Origin: Bigelowiella natans CCMP2755
Taxonomy: Eukaryota; Protista; Cercozoa
Reading direction: 5' to 3'
Length of the DNA: 64,000 nucleotides
NCBI GenBank assembly: GCA_000320545.1
Contig: ADNK01002546.1
Coordinates: 62,001-126,000 of the forward strand
This document shows positions 1 to 13,222 of the stretch, one piece after another. Below the pieces are notes generated by a model, which saw only the letters and a program-made list of their open reading frames with translations, searched no databases and was not told the DNA's origin. The position numbers and the translations under genes were made by a program. The stretch's first letter is position 1. Every line of letters starts with the position of its first letter.

Positions 1-907
1 CACACCTAGCAGCATGGCTAGATAAAATCAGCTCTAGTTTGAAACATGCAGGGATAGATGCTCACATACTGGAAAAGGCAGCATATCGAAGTTAGCTCCA
101 AGAACCAAAGCTTGCACCTTAGGCGATGTTTTTCAGAGAAAATAAACAATCGAGGCGAGCAGAGGCAATTGCAAAGAAAATAACCCTGGCACCCGCGTGT
201 AGCAGATACAACAATGATTCGTAACAGTTTCGGCACATGTCGCAGCTTATTATATTCCATGCGTTGTAGAATTGGATTGCAGCAATTTCCAGCAAGCGAA
301 CCGACACTTACTTTGAACTCCCCGACCAGATCCGCATAGTCATTTGCGCACGTAAACAAACATCTAGGTTGCAAGAGTAACTTCAAAAACTATTGTTTTT
401 CCCTCCCCCCCCCCCAATTCTCTTATATACTATACTATACTACACGGCTCTAGAGGCGGACTGCCAAAGCAATAGCTAACAAATTGCCAGAACAACAATT
501 AACAAATTGCCACGAGGTAGAGCAATCATCTATATCGTTCCTACCTGAACTTCTTGTCGCTCAGGTATCTCAGGTCAGCCATCCACTCCTCCAGCAACCT
601 AGCAATACGCACACAACGTCTGTTCTCGATGCGTTTGACAGCGCCCTTACATGCCAAGGCTGGCACAGACACACCGTGATAACATGAGCAAATACAACAA
701 AAAACCCATCGGTAACAACACTACACCTTTTGTCTTTTGACTCCACGAAGTTCCCGTACCCAGTATTGAACCCCACGATGAGGGTGTTTTCGGGGAGAAT
801 CTCCCTTTTTTACCAGGGCAATAATACAGAGTGCTCATTATTAGTATCTGTATTGGTGCGCTATACAAATAAATAATAGGTATATTTTATATCTGTTAAT
901 ATAATCA

Positions 908-945
<38 letters not shown>

Positions 946-1849
946 TAATATATATATATATAATATTGTTTATGTGTGTCTGAATTCACAGTTGTTTTCT
1001 CAAGTATCAAGTATTGTTTTGCCGATGATTTTTCACCATCGAGAGATAGAACAATATTGCTATCTCAGTTCTCAATATGCAAAAATCTGACTAATATTAA
1101 CCTTTGCCGCTGTCGCAAGAAGGACCCTGTCGTTGATTTCGTCAATGAAACAACAGAGAAACCGGACGTTTTCTTGCCGCTTTTCGGCTAAGAGGGGGGA
1201 GGGGGGGGTTGATGGTTCCAAATGCGTATAAATCTTAACTTCCATGAATATCTAATGTGTGCGAGCGCGCGTATGTGTACAACTTTACAGATTTAGACAT
1301 TTACTGATATAGGATAGCCATAAAGCAGCGTTTGAGGTAACGAAAGGCATAAAACATTCAAAACGCTCTTATGCAGATGCCGATCACTCACGCCTATACC
1401 TTATCCTCAAACGTCGTAGGATGAGCAGGCAAGACCAATGGCGGAACCTGATAGCATATCCTTGCTTAAACTCGTTTCGCGCACCTTTTCCATAAGAATC
1501 GATCGATGCTTAGTTTTTGGGGAAAACACGTCGAAATGGATGGTGGGGAACAAGCACGCTCTGCGTGTGTCCATGTAGAAGAGGGTGGCGCGCTCTTGAT
1601 CCACCTCTTTGATGACAGGCTTCCGGAGCGCATGGCTGGGGGACCCTGTAACGATTAGCGACACCGAGCTGTTTATATCAAACCACCGGCCCTTTTCACT
1701 GCGCGACACAATGCGAGATTTGTACTGACCGGACTTAAACTTTCGAATCTCCACAGTGGAAAAACGCACGTGCTTCTGAACCGTGAGAAGTCAGTCAGAA
1801 GGCGCTTTACGCATCGCGGGGAGTGATCAGCAGCCCCTTCGCTTGCCCG

Positions 1850-1884
<35 letters not shown>

Positions 1885-2827
1885 GCACACATAGACACGC
1901 AAATACACTTTACACGCCTAAAGCAGCATTCTAAAGCTGTAGCCTCTAAGTCTACGATATTCCACGTTTAAATGTAGCTGCACGCCACCGCTCAGGGCAT
2001 ATTCCTCTCGACTAAAGAGCGGTAGATTCAAGATGGCTGCGTTTGATATGAAGAACGTCAGCTCTTACCTCGGCTCGTTTCGCTGTCTTGGATTTGTCTT
2101 TGCCATCAGCTTCCGACTCGCGTTTCTGGTCGCGACAATCTCGGGGCACCTTTGTGCTTTTTCTGGGAAACAACGCGCTCACCTCAGCATCGATCACATC
2201 TATGCTTGCAAAGTGGGCATATCGTAACATCTCTCTAGTAGTAGCAGTCTCTCCTACCCTCTTAGAGTGTATGGCGACGCCGAAATCAGAAACATACCTT
2301 AACCCCCCCACCCCCCCTCCCCCCCAAAATGTGCGCACGCATGAATCACGAGGACGGGGTCAGTAACTCCCCCGTATCGAATGTAGCATCGATGGCATCA
2401 ACACACATGCACGACAGTGGCAGCAAGCCACGCATGGGCTTGGCAGCTTCTAAAACGCAATACGCGAAGTACCGAAACACCTCCCTAGTACGCGACACTT
2501 CCGGTCCAACCATGTACAGCGCAAGATCGCACTCTAAGGATAACACAACGCAGATGTACTCAAGATGCAAAGCAGTAACCTTCGTTCTCCCCCCTGCACT
2601 CTTTCTTGCTAAAATTGGTGCGAGAGGGTGGGGCGGGGGCGTGTCATCGATGTTTTTTACAAGGCAAAACACGGGCATGCGACGGCTTTGCGCAGTGATG
2701 CAAACGAGTCGTTTTCTCGCTCGAATTCGCACTTTCTAACCTGTTAAAATAGCAGGGATCTCTTCCCAATAAGCAGTATCTACTAGCGTACGCTCCTCGG
2801 CCTGCAGATGGATTGCCATTGCATCAG

Positions 2828-2866
<39 letters not shown>

Positions 2867-3059
2867 TGATGGACTACCTTCACGGTAGCCCCGATTACCA
2901 CAATGTTTAATATCTTTTTGCCGCCTTCATGATATGTATGGAACGAGTTAAATCGATATGATAGCGATGACAGAATTTGGGCGCATTTGTGTTATGTATG
3001 TCATTCAAACACAAACACCTACACACATATGTATATTATATATATATATATATATATAT

Positions 3060-3096
<37 letters not shown>

Positions 3097-3506
3097 ATTT
3101 TCTTTAGACTATGCATAATCTCATAAATATATAAACAAATACTGATGTATATTTATGCATGTTGGTTTTTCCAAATAACGACGCATCAGATATCCGGCGA
3201 ATATCGGGGCAAATTCCCATGCACTTCGTCTAATAATTGTCCCTTAAAACATTTACCTTTTGACAGTGGAAGTCGCTTGAGTATTTGTTTTTGAAACTTT
3301 TTGACGATGTACAACACCTGGCGAAAACAAGCATCATCGAGTCTCCTCTCGCTGTCGTTACATATGTTTTCATTTGCACTCGTTTCAGCAGCACCAGATG
3401 CATCATCAGGTGGTTAGTAGTACCGTGAGAGGAAATGACAAGGCGTCGAGAAAGGACGGGTCGCGCTTTGCAAGGTCTACAAGATTCTCCCTAAATAATA
3501 CATAAA

Positions 3507-3545
<39 letters not shown>

Positions 3546-4210
3546 TATTCAAACATATTCTAATTGTTATGCTGTTTTATTTCAAGTAGCTTGCAAAACG
3601 ATTTATGAAGGTTGCAATATCCCCCCCTCCCCAAAAAAGGCAAACTGTTAGGGCCAACCGGAGTGAATTAGTATGGGCCTAATGGTGAAATGGTAATGTA
3701 TGTGCTCTTTTGGTTGCAAAAAGCCGTATACCCTCTTGTTTGCAAGTATTCGCCCCAGCCTCTGTCGCCTATTCTCGTCGTCTTTGGAGACTTGCATCTG
3801 ATTTTTGAGGTGTGCACAGCGTTATCACAGATTCCATCAGCAGCTATCTCCATAAACAAATTCCTCTCTCACCCTCCTTCTTCATCCTTCGTGTGGATTC
3901 GAATGAACCCATACACGAAAACTTAAGTTTGAGCGAAAATTTGTATGCAGGCCGGTTATGGGAGAAATCGTAGACGAAACGCGAGAGATTTTCGAATGCT
4001 TAGACATGAACATAAAATATTATATAATGTTATTTGTGTGCACGTTGTATGAGGCGTGCGTGGCTGACACTTACTGTGGTAAAGGAGGAAAAGACTTCAT
4101 ATCACATCGAGTTTCCCAGCCGTTCCAACGCGAACAGTAACAACCAAACACCGAATCAAAATCCAAATTGATTTTCTTTTCCAATACGTTACCAACGAGG
4201 ATTTCAAAAT

Positions 4211-4250
<40 letters not shown>

Positions 4251-5468
4251 ACGATCTTCAACAAACAAAGAAACTTGTTTATTCTCTCATCAGCAACGTG
4301 TGAAACTGGCGCGTACAGCGGGTGGATTACCTTGCCTTTCTTCCACCTAAAAGTCCCACTGTAACACATACGCATAATTGCACGATGTCAGTCAATACAA
4401 GCATACAACTTCATCTCGTGTAGTTGCAGAAGCTAATCTTACACGCTCAGGTGTTGATTAGTATATACAAACGTATCCAATCGAATCGCTGCATTCAATG
4501 AGCCCTCATCATGGAAGAACAAGGGCAGTGGTACATGGCGCGCTCTCAGTAGGAAATGAGAAAATATTAGCAATACGCAACGGTGTAAATGTATGTTTGG
4601 GTGTATCCGTGACTGTCTTTCTTTGTGTGTGCTCGGATGAGTGTGTTTCTGTTTTGAAGGCGTGATACGGTTCGGTCTTACGCATACCTGTACATCCCGT
4701 CTCCACGAGGATCCAAGTTTATCTGTATCAAAATGAATAATGAACGATGGGAAACCGAAGGCATCTTCGATTTGAAATGGTGAGCCGCGTCGCTTTTAAG
4801 GTGAATGAAAACAGCACGAATGCGCTCCGTTCATTATTGAAAACGTTGTTTGAAACATGTATTCGGTCGGAGAAGTGCTCGTTGGGATGAATATTCTTCG
4901 CAAATTTCAGTTGAAAGAAAAGGCAGAATTCAAAACCAAGAGGCGCCAGCCCCCTCCGTACCTGGCTCTGCAGTTTCTTATTCGTCTTCGTTAATAGTCG
5001 CGTGCAGCCATTACGAAAGAGAGACAAAATTAAAACATACCGCCGCACTGCAGGTTCAAAATTGCAATACTACCATTTTGAGGGCGGGCGAGACCGCCCC
5101 GCCTCGAGTTTTTTTTTTCCTCCCCATGGCCTACCAGGAGGTGTCGGGGGGGGGATGAGGGAGATGGATGTTGGCCGTTAGTGTTGGCGGTTGTTGCGAT
5201 ACTAAATTACTAAAATAACAATACTTATTGGAAGGAAAACCTAAAACAAATACAAAAATTATGCGGATCATTCTTGGAAATATATAGGTTGTTACCAGCG
5301 TGATTTTTGTTCTAAAATCAAGACCCTCGAAACAAAGAGGAGCGTCGAGAACCCAACAGGTGGGGAGGGCGAACTGTGTCTGAGCCTATCTGCCACAGCA
5401 CCTCTCATTCCAAGTTCCTCGTCATGGCATTCGTCCCTGAATCTTAAGTATGGGCGCATGCTTCGCAT
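1..5468 (-). CDS. Multi-exon gene, MSS51/ZMYND15 C-terminal-like domain protein; 3' end runs off the window, N-terminal exons uncertain
   Basis: Minus-strand GT-AG exons join into family-like motifs: ILNIVVIGATVK (~2877-2912) | AEERTLVDTAYWEEIPAILT (~2741-2802) | DLALYMVGPEVS (~2490-2535) | KILPENTLIVGFNTGYGNFVESKDK (~727-805) | LLEEWMADLRYLSDKKF (~545-598) | CLFTCANDYADLVGEFK (~312-363) | VQALVLGANFDMLP (~70-118). The pattern IxVIGA..E, MVGPE, GFNxG, W..L..L, FT resembles MSS51/ZMYND15. The start codon is a guess. Confidence 0.6.
914..960. repeat. Representative intronic (TA)n microsatellite; dozens of (TA)n, (CA/TG)n, (GA/TC)n and G/C runs occur through the window's introns
   Basis: Directly visible, e.g. 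914-960, 8439-8502 (GA), 12376-12460 (CA then TA), 22020-22110 (TA, TG, GA stacked). Confidence 0.95.
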
Positions 5469-5469
5469 A

Positions 5470-6350
5470 GTTTTGGCATCCAGAGATGCATGTGGAAGGG
5501 AACGCTGATCATGCAGTGCTGGAGTGTTCAATGCATCATCGTCTTTTCAACGTGGCAATTTTCAAGTCTCTTGCGTTCCTCAGCACTTCACTCTCACACA
5601 CCACGCAAGGCTTGCTGCGCACACCTGACCGATTCAGTTCGTGTTTGCACCAAATAGACAGAATGTTGTGGCTCCATGTAGCCATTGGCGATTGCGGCCA
5701 CACCACAACTAAGTCAAAACGTTTGGAAAGTGCTGTGATCACTCTGTGTCCGATGGAGCATTTGTGTCATAATTTCCGGGCGTGCTCAGCGTGCATACGT
5801 TTCTAGCTTAGCATTGTACATTTTGGCTAGCTAGGCAGCCAGCACGATGCGTTGCATGCATTGCTGCTGACCTGCGAAACGTGCGATCTGACGATGCGGA
5901 GATGCCTGGCTAGCTGGATGCGTGCGACGGATAGAATCGACACGCCATGCTCTGGTGCTTGCTAGCTGGCATGTCCGCGTGTCATTCAGTGGTGCTATGG
6001 TGCTCAGTAGCTGGCCAAGTCACTTTGCAATGCAACAGTGACACTCACAATGCATCAAACAAGTTGATGCGGCCGCACCACCTAGCTAGCTAGCTAGCTA
6101 GGCTACAGGTGTCTGTGCAGCTTGCAACGACGTTGCGAAACAGCTAGAACAGGTCAACTACTAGACTAGCTAGCTAACCGACTGCAGCTGCACATGCGTG
6201 TGTCTACAGCATCAGTCGTTGCACACTTGCTTCAAGCCATCCTAGTTTGAACGGTGCACACACACGAAGGAATCGCCCACAAATCTTGCATCTAGCTATT
6301 GACATGCATGTCTAGGTGTGCACAACATTCACACAACACATTTCACACAC
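5470..6350. other. TpA-depleted intergenic island 1 (TA survives almost only as CTA/TAG)
   Basis: Hand count: 29 of ~32 TA dinucleotides are CTA or TAG, and all 24 are in 5821-6350. About 7 unprotected TAs occur in the next 130 bp. The chance ORFs 5486..5806 and 5536..5742 contain no Tyr. Confidence 0.85.
6082..6101. repeat. (CTAG)5 microsatellite
   Basis: ctagctagctagctagctag. Shorter (CTAG)3 runs occur at ~40091 and ~56871, also inside islands. Confidence 0.95.
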
Positions 6351-6499
6351 AAGTATGCTGTGACTATTGTATGTCTATTTTATCTCAAACAAATGTATGG
6401 ACCCATTCTTAGCGTTGGCGCACGCACTGTTAGTATTCTTGTACATGATGATAGAAAGAAATCTTAAAGGCATGATTCTTTGCAACAATGACCACTAGC

Positions 6500-8438
6500 G
6501 AGGGTCCTGGCAATTTACAGCCTAACGGTTCTTCTTCGTTTCTACTCCTTTTTTATTCTGGGAAATTGATGTTGGGTAGCGATTGGATATAACCAAGAAC
6601 AACAAGAAGTTTATTTCTCAGGCGTGACTCAAATTCGAGTATGGAAAGAACAATTTTAAGCGTTTGCAGAATAAGGAGGGAAGAGCTTCATGCGGAACAT
6701 AGGCTGCATGCATTACAACTTGTGCGTATATCAATAATTCAAAGGCAAAGAAAAAACTCATCAGGCAAATCAAACACAATTACGCATAGTTATTCCTGAC
6801 CCTCACCTCATCGGCACATTAAAACACATATAATATTAACAACTTATACATAGAAACTGAAGAACACCACTTTAGAGCAGCTGTGTAGTACCTCTGCAGA
6901 GGGCAATACTTCCGATGATAACACGGTCTTTTCAATTCTCGCTTTGATACGATTCTGATGAGCGTGTTTTCACATAATGGGCCAGATATCGTACAGGTAA
7001 GGCATATGCACGGAAAACGGCCTCTGCCATTTTTCTCTTTCTATCACAACTAGCTGCGACGACGATGAACACTCTCATAAGGCAGTTACCTTGATTATTC
7101 CGATGAATATCAAACCTAAAAACATTATTTCAATAGAATCAACTTAGGTGCTGAGAGCTCTAACCTCTCGATGTATCCAAAGGTAAATTGGATCGACTTG
7201 GCAGCCAAATTTAAGCCATACGTCTACTAAATATCGGCGCACTGAGTAGAGCGAGCAAGGCCACGCGCGCCGCCATCATAGTGCGCAATCGTGTCTTATT
7301 ACCGATGAAAAAACTAGAGAAAGAAGCTAGGAATGTGATTTCTTGGGGAAGCAAGAAATACTTCTGGCAGAGAACACCTATGGCTGTTGATTGATATATC
7401 AAAACAGTAGGCATTAGTCAAGTACAGCTCCGAAACTCTCCCTCCCCGTCGCTATTGGGGTGACGGGCAGCAGAGCACAGTTGCGGAGTTGATTAGTACC
7501 AAAATTAAAAAAAAAATGCGTATTAAAACCAAAAACAACATCTTGAAGATACCGATCGGCATGCGACGAATATGTAGACACATAGACAAATAAAGAAGCC
7601 ACAAATATACAAACACAGACTCTTCTGTTCAAACCCTTCACGAACATTATGCAATTATTCCTTTCACATCAAAAATACGATGGCGACTGTGATAATGCCA
7701 CACGCGACGGAAAGAAGAGAAAACAGCTCAAGACGGAAATCAATGCTGCTTCTTGTACCCATGACAACTACGACGAGGATGATAGGCGCCGACTCCATTC
7801 TCTGAAGTTGATGTCCTGGCAAGGAAGAATCATGCTAAATCGCTGAAAAACGCTACAAAACCGTCTTCGAAGCAAACCGCAGGCAACACAAACAACATAA
7901 CGTATATCCCCCAAAAGTATTCATTTATTAGCAAATTGGTCAATGCATCTCTAGGTGATGCTAACAAAATCACGAAAACGCGGTAAACTGCTGACGAAAG
8001 CACGCTTAAGGCCGTTCCTTGCGTATTTCATTAAGATTTTGTATTGGCGGTGGTTGACCGATTGTGGGGCCTTGATGTTCGCTCTCCCTGTGTGGAGACA
8101 TGTAACGAGTAAATCAAAGGTTGGTGGGGAGACCAAGTGGATCGCTACATTGCAAAATGGAAGCATGCAGAGGAATAATTATGTTCCCAAATAAGCCGCC
8201 CTTTCGTCTAAAGGGATTCTTATGGCGAAGGGTTACTGAATTTTGTAGATGTTATCGATTAGTGCTACGAGGCATTGAAGGCCTACTTGCTCTTCTGGTT
8301 TGGAGGATATCCTCTTGTCCACACAGGATGAGGCTGAGCGGGGGGGGGGGGGGGATAAAGGCCATTGATGATACAAAACGACTACTATATCTGATATGAG
8401 TTATGTGAGTTTGTTATGGTGCGTAGGTTTTTGTGGGC

Positions 8439-8503
<65 letters not shown>

Positions 8504-9491
8504 TAATTGTGTAATATAAAGCAGACGGCCTTCTTTGACTGCATATCCATCATTGACAATTGTCTAATCATAACTATAAACATATAAATGTGTGGGCACT
8601 ATACGCTGCAGCATATTCACCCATGCATTAACATATATGCGCCGAACCTGATCTTCTCCTAGCAGCTTGCCTCCAATCGCTATATGGGAGAGTTCTTCTC
8701 GAATATAACAAGAAACATCACACAGCGATTTCGAGCATGCATGTGTAAAGTGCACAGAAAATAGAAGTATATGAATATATATAAATAAATATATTTAAAC
8801 GTTATCTAGTATCGTTGTAGTAAACTCATGCACATTTGTTTTGTTGTGACTGTATTTGAACGCCAAGGGGTAAATCTAGCTGTCAAATATACAAATCCTC
8901 TTCATGCCTTTCATGCGTTGTCGTAGTCTTGTAACTTACCGATTTGCGGGAAAAGCACTTGCACCCGATCTGATTATGATATGGTCATTTTATGGAGAAT
9001 ATGAGGAGTAGAAGGAAGGTTTTGGATGAGCATAATAGCAATAAGAGTAAATATTGAGATGCTGACACGAATGATGCTAGTTGTAGCTGCAAGTAATTTA
9101 GTTGTATTCTCTGTTTCGACTCTTGAAAAACCGTTTTATCAGGTCAATATCGTTATAGTACTACAACGAATACATTAATTTCACATTGGGATAATGCTTT
9201 GTACAAGCGGACGCATATAAATGCAGCACATTTTGCATTCACGTATGTGAGTGCATGCTTCGGTGTGCAACGTTGTGCTCGACGACGAAGTAGGTCAACC
9301 CCACCTGATTTGGCAAAGGGTGCTAAAGCCTTCGTGATGCCATCAGCTAATCATTATATCGAGGGGAAACGGCAGCGGAGGAAAAACAAAATGTAGCGTG
9401 TAGCGACGAATAAGAGCACGCAAATCGCAACACAATCACTAGGAGGTAAGGGACATAAAACGCATTTCAACAGTTTAATCTTCGCGAAGCA

Positions 9492-9522
<31 letters not shown>

Positions 9523-11354
9523 AATATTTGGGTCAACCTATTGCCGTTCGCTGCGCTCTCTCCAGTTGGTTGTAGATTGTCAATACCTATTTAATAATTA
9601 TCGTATCATAAACCAACACAAAAACAAACAGACATATACACATACGCAAATACAGCACGCAAAACACACTTACATGTATTCACATTCACGCGCACAAGCA
9701 CATTACTATAGAACAAATATGGATGCACAGTGTGTTACAAGAAGGGAAACCCCCACCAAAAGCAGAAGGATCTCCCGATTGAAATGAAGAAAATATGTAA
9801 AAATAAGGGACCGATACTACGGCTGCATCATCCGTGTTTCCCCCGACTGACCATGGAGAGCTCCCATAAACGGCCACGCTAACAAAATCCTACCGGCAGT
9901 ATGCATGTGTTAAAGCAGAAACGATAACACCGGACAAAAAGGCTTATTCGAACGTTCGCTTGTATGCAGTGATGCTTATGCAATTTGTTTCAGATTGGAA
10001 TGATGTAGCTATCTATCGAAGTGACGAATCAGCTTAGTTCTCCGCGATGAGAAAAGCGAGTTATGTTATTGATGATGGCATAACTCATGAATTAACTGTA
10101 AAGGTTTTTCGCCGCACCTTTTTGATACTGAGAGCAGAGCTGACAAGCCCCGCAACACTTCTACGAAGATCCTTTACTTCGTCGCCATTTATGGAACTCT
10201 GTGGTGATATATAGCGTGTGTACGTAAGGATAGTTCGAATGTTGTGACCCCCCCCTTGCTACCGCCCCCGCCTCTACTACACATCAGGCTCGTCCACCGT
10301 TGCCTCAATCCTTATCGTCGGCATTCTATTGACTTATTAAGATTTATATTTTTCATACTAATTATTAATTGTAGTAAATTGCACTGAGTATATGTACAAA
10401 AGACACAGGGTTTTAGAGATACTTTGGGAAAATGAACGAAATCTGTCCTTCTCCAGAATGTGAAGTACCGGTAGTTTGAATAATGCCAACTCAGACTACC
10501 GGATGTATTGGAAGGGGGATTCTGATAAATTGATAATAGAGGACGCTATGGTGAAACGACATATCTTATTTATCAATCCAGGAACGAAAGGCTAATTTAT
10601 TATTTTCTCAAATGCGCCTTTCGAAATTCAACTTTTGCCGGGCTCGGTTCCGGCTCTTATCTCCTTCTGCTGGATGCCTTTTCTACTAAGCGACAATATA
10701 TATGGTCCCATTTTTCCTGTAATTAGAGAAGGAAACCTATTTTTTTTAAACGAGATTAGTGTAACTCAAAGGGAGGAATCTATATGCGAATTTGTTTATA
10801 TTATCAATCTACGACATCAAAAAATGAAATATGGATGTCTAATGGGTCACTATTAGGATGTTTGTACATTCAAGGTTGAATCTTGAAGAGCTGAAAACAA
10901 ATTACAGGCCGCACATACTCCTCTCTTGTAATCTTATATGTTGCAGCTAGGTAACAATAATAAACCCTAAGTAACGTTATTATGCGAATACGACATCCAA
11001 ATTATAAAAATAAAATTGAAATTTAACTCCAATCTGCTTTACTCCATTTTTTTCAATAGAAATGATATTCGGAATTTTTGGTTTTCTCGTATGCTGAGAT
11101 GTTGTTTGCGACAATGGACGTGTTCTAATATTTTTAATTCTGTGGCATATGGGAAGTCATAGGTGTAAATAGTGATCAATTTTGGAAATTATTGAATAAA
11201 TATTTGTATTTGGTAATGTCTTACATAGAATCCACGAAGGGCTCTGGTACGATGGCACGTATGAATGGCAGGCGTACTTTATGCTGTGCTCTATATGTGG
11301 GAAAGTAGAAAGCATATAGGGAACGTGGGGAGATGTTAAGAGTGTCATATTCAT
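6500..11354 (-). CDS. Probable multi-exon gene of unknown function, divergent from IspG
   Basis: A series of short minus-strand segments flanked by AG/GT signals and separated by microsatellite-bearing introns, e.g. SSINGDEVKDLRRSVAGLVSSALSIKK (~10118-10198), ECPTIRIEATVDEPD (~10282-10326), ADGITKALAPFAKSG (~9305-9346), GHQLQRMESAPILVVVVMG (~7760-7815). No family recognised, and both termini are approximate. Confidence 0.4.
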
Positions 11355-11529
11355 CCGGGAATTTCTCGGAGCTCTGACCGCTTCTTTAAAGAGCGATGAT
11401 ATATGGCAATATGTAGCAGTAATTGCAGTACCCTATTGCGGGACGTCGTTGTTTTTGCTTTCTCTTTATATGCACGTCGATGCAAACTAACCCGCTCTCG
11501 CTGTAGGATTTCCCAGTACTACTCTAGCC

Positions 11530-12377
11530 ATGGGGACAGGGAGATCTAACAAGCATGCTCGAGTCTTTGCCCTGCTACTTGCAGTTGCCACTGCATGTGT
11601 TTGCTTCCTCTCGGTGCGGCAGGCAGGTACACCATGCTCAGTGAAAAATGTGTGTTGACCATAAATACCGAGTGTCACCTGGTTCCCTCTCGAACGATAG
11701 TGCAAACATTTAAGAGTATTGGGTAAGCAGCAAGGGGGGGCGGGGGGGGGGGGTGCGTTCCTATCGCTTCATTGATCTTAGAATTGATCGATCACGAAAT
11801 TTAACGCTAACGCTGCTCCCTGTGTGTCTTACATCAGGAACCGGCTTAGGCACAGCCGTTGCGCATACTTCTTCAAAGACCAGACGTATGTTTCAGTGAA
11901 GTATCTAAAAAAGCAACATACTTGAAAATGGATATTTGTTGTTACATTATAGTTTGTGCTTTGCCGTATGTCTATCTGCTGGGCTCTGTAGGCCGCAGAT
12001 GATACGATGAGAATTGCCACGTGCTATTTCACCTCCCAATACTGATTTAACTCGCTCTCTATAGTGTCAGGGAGCTACTCAGCCTCCATGAAGGCTTGCA
12101 TGGGTTTAAGGATGAAGCTTCTAGCGAAGCGAAATCGGGTTGGCGTTTAATATAATATTATGAGAGATATGGTCGCTGTTTTGCATATGTCGTGGTTACT
12201 TGCAATTGTTATAATCCGAGTGCAAATTTCGCTTTTGTGTCTGAATAGAATATTGCTCCTAACGCGGAAAGCCTTGAGGCCAAGATCGATGGGTAAATAC
12301 GTGTTATGAACGAGTGTTTAACCTCGTGTGTTTTTTCCCTATTGACTTAGTATTAATGCTGCATTGGCATCTATACA

Positions 12378-12464
<87 letters not shown>

Positions 12465-12654
12465 CAGCTGCATCATTAATATTGAGTTCATCGAAGATTG
12501 AATTTCCAAGTCTGATTAGGGCTTCTTTAAACCGTTTTTGATTTGGGTTGTTGCTCTTGTTATTAGCCAACGAAAATACTGCGAAAACGTCTTGAAGACC
12601 ACTCGAAGGTGCCGGCTATTACCATCACATACGTCTACACATATTGCCACAAAC

Positions 12655-12696
<42 letters not shown>

Positions 12697-13180
12697 ACGC
12701 GCGCTCACGGGCATGTACATGTCTTCTGTTATATAATCCCAAACGTGTAATTTATCACCCGACGATCTCTACCGAAACCCCGTTTGGTGTTGTATATATC
12801 GAAGAACTGCTATCTCTCCCTCCCTCTCTCCCTTTCGCTCTCTTTCTCTCGCTCTTGGTCTACTTGAGTGTACACGCATATGGTCTAGTCGCAGCAAGGG
12901 TGGTTATACAAAGTACGATTTACCGCAACAATGACGTTCTATACCAGGCCTACTCGCACGGTGAACGTTGGCCCCGTAAAGCTGGGAAGCGAGCACCCTA
13001 TTGCTGTGCAGGTGACGATGCTCCTATTTCTCTCCTCCGCCAAGTTGCATTAGCCTCGATTTCGTCGATTCTGCTCATGTTCCTTGCCCTAATGTTCTCG
13101 CCCCCCCGCACATACACACACAAACTCACACACACTTATTAGGAGAAGGTGGGGGGGGAGAAGGAGAGATACAGAGACGA

Positions 13181-13222
<42 letters not shown>

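Noticed and set aside
3870-4360. GTFRWKKGK ... FVYGFI as a cold-shock domain at the N-terminus of gene 1
   Set aside because: The match is weak and the exon phases could not be established.
5486-5806. ORFs within the islands (5486..5806, 23138..23452, 40099..40413) as genes
   Set aside because: No recognisable motifs. TA loss removes TAA stops and Tyr codons, which inflates chance ORFs.
5470-6350. CpG-methylation decay or classical fungal RIP as the cause of the TG/CA excess
   Set aside because: CpG is plentiful in the islands (e.g. gcgcgcg ~23344) and TpA is lost rather than gained. RIP would raise TpA.
11487-11532. Overlapping opposite-strand start codons at CCATGG (ispG and the upstream minus-strand gene)
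   Set aside because: CATG is palindromic, so this arises by chance, and I could not build a supported minus-strand model from it.
12304-13142. ORFs with HTHT/CVCV/YIYI/ERER runs
   Set aside because: These are translations of intronic microsatellites.
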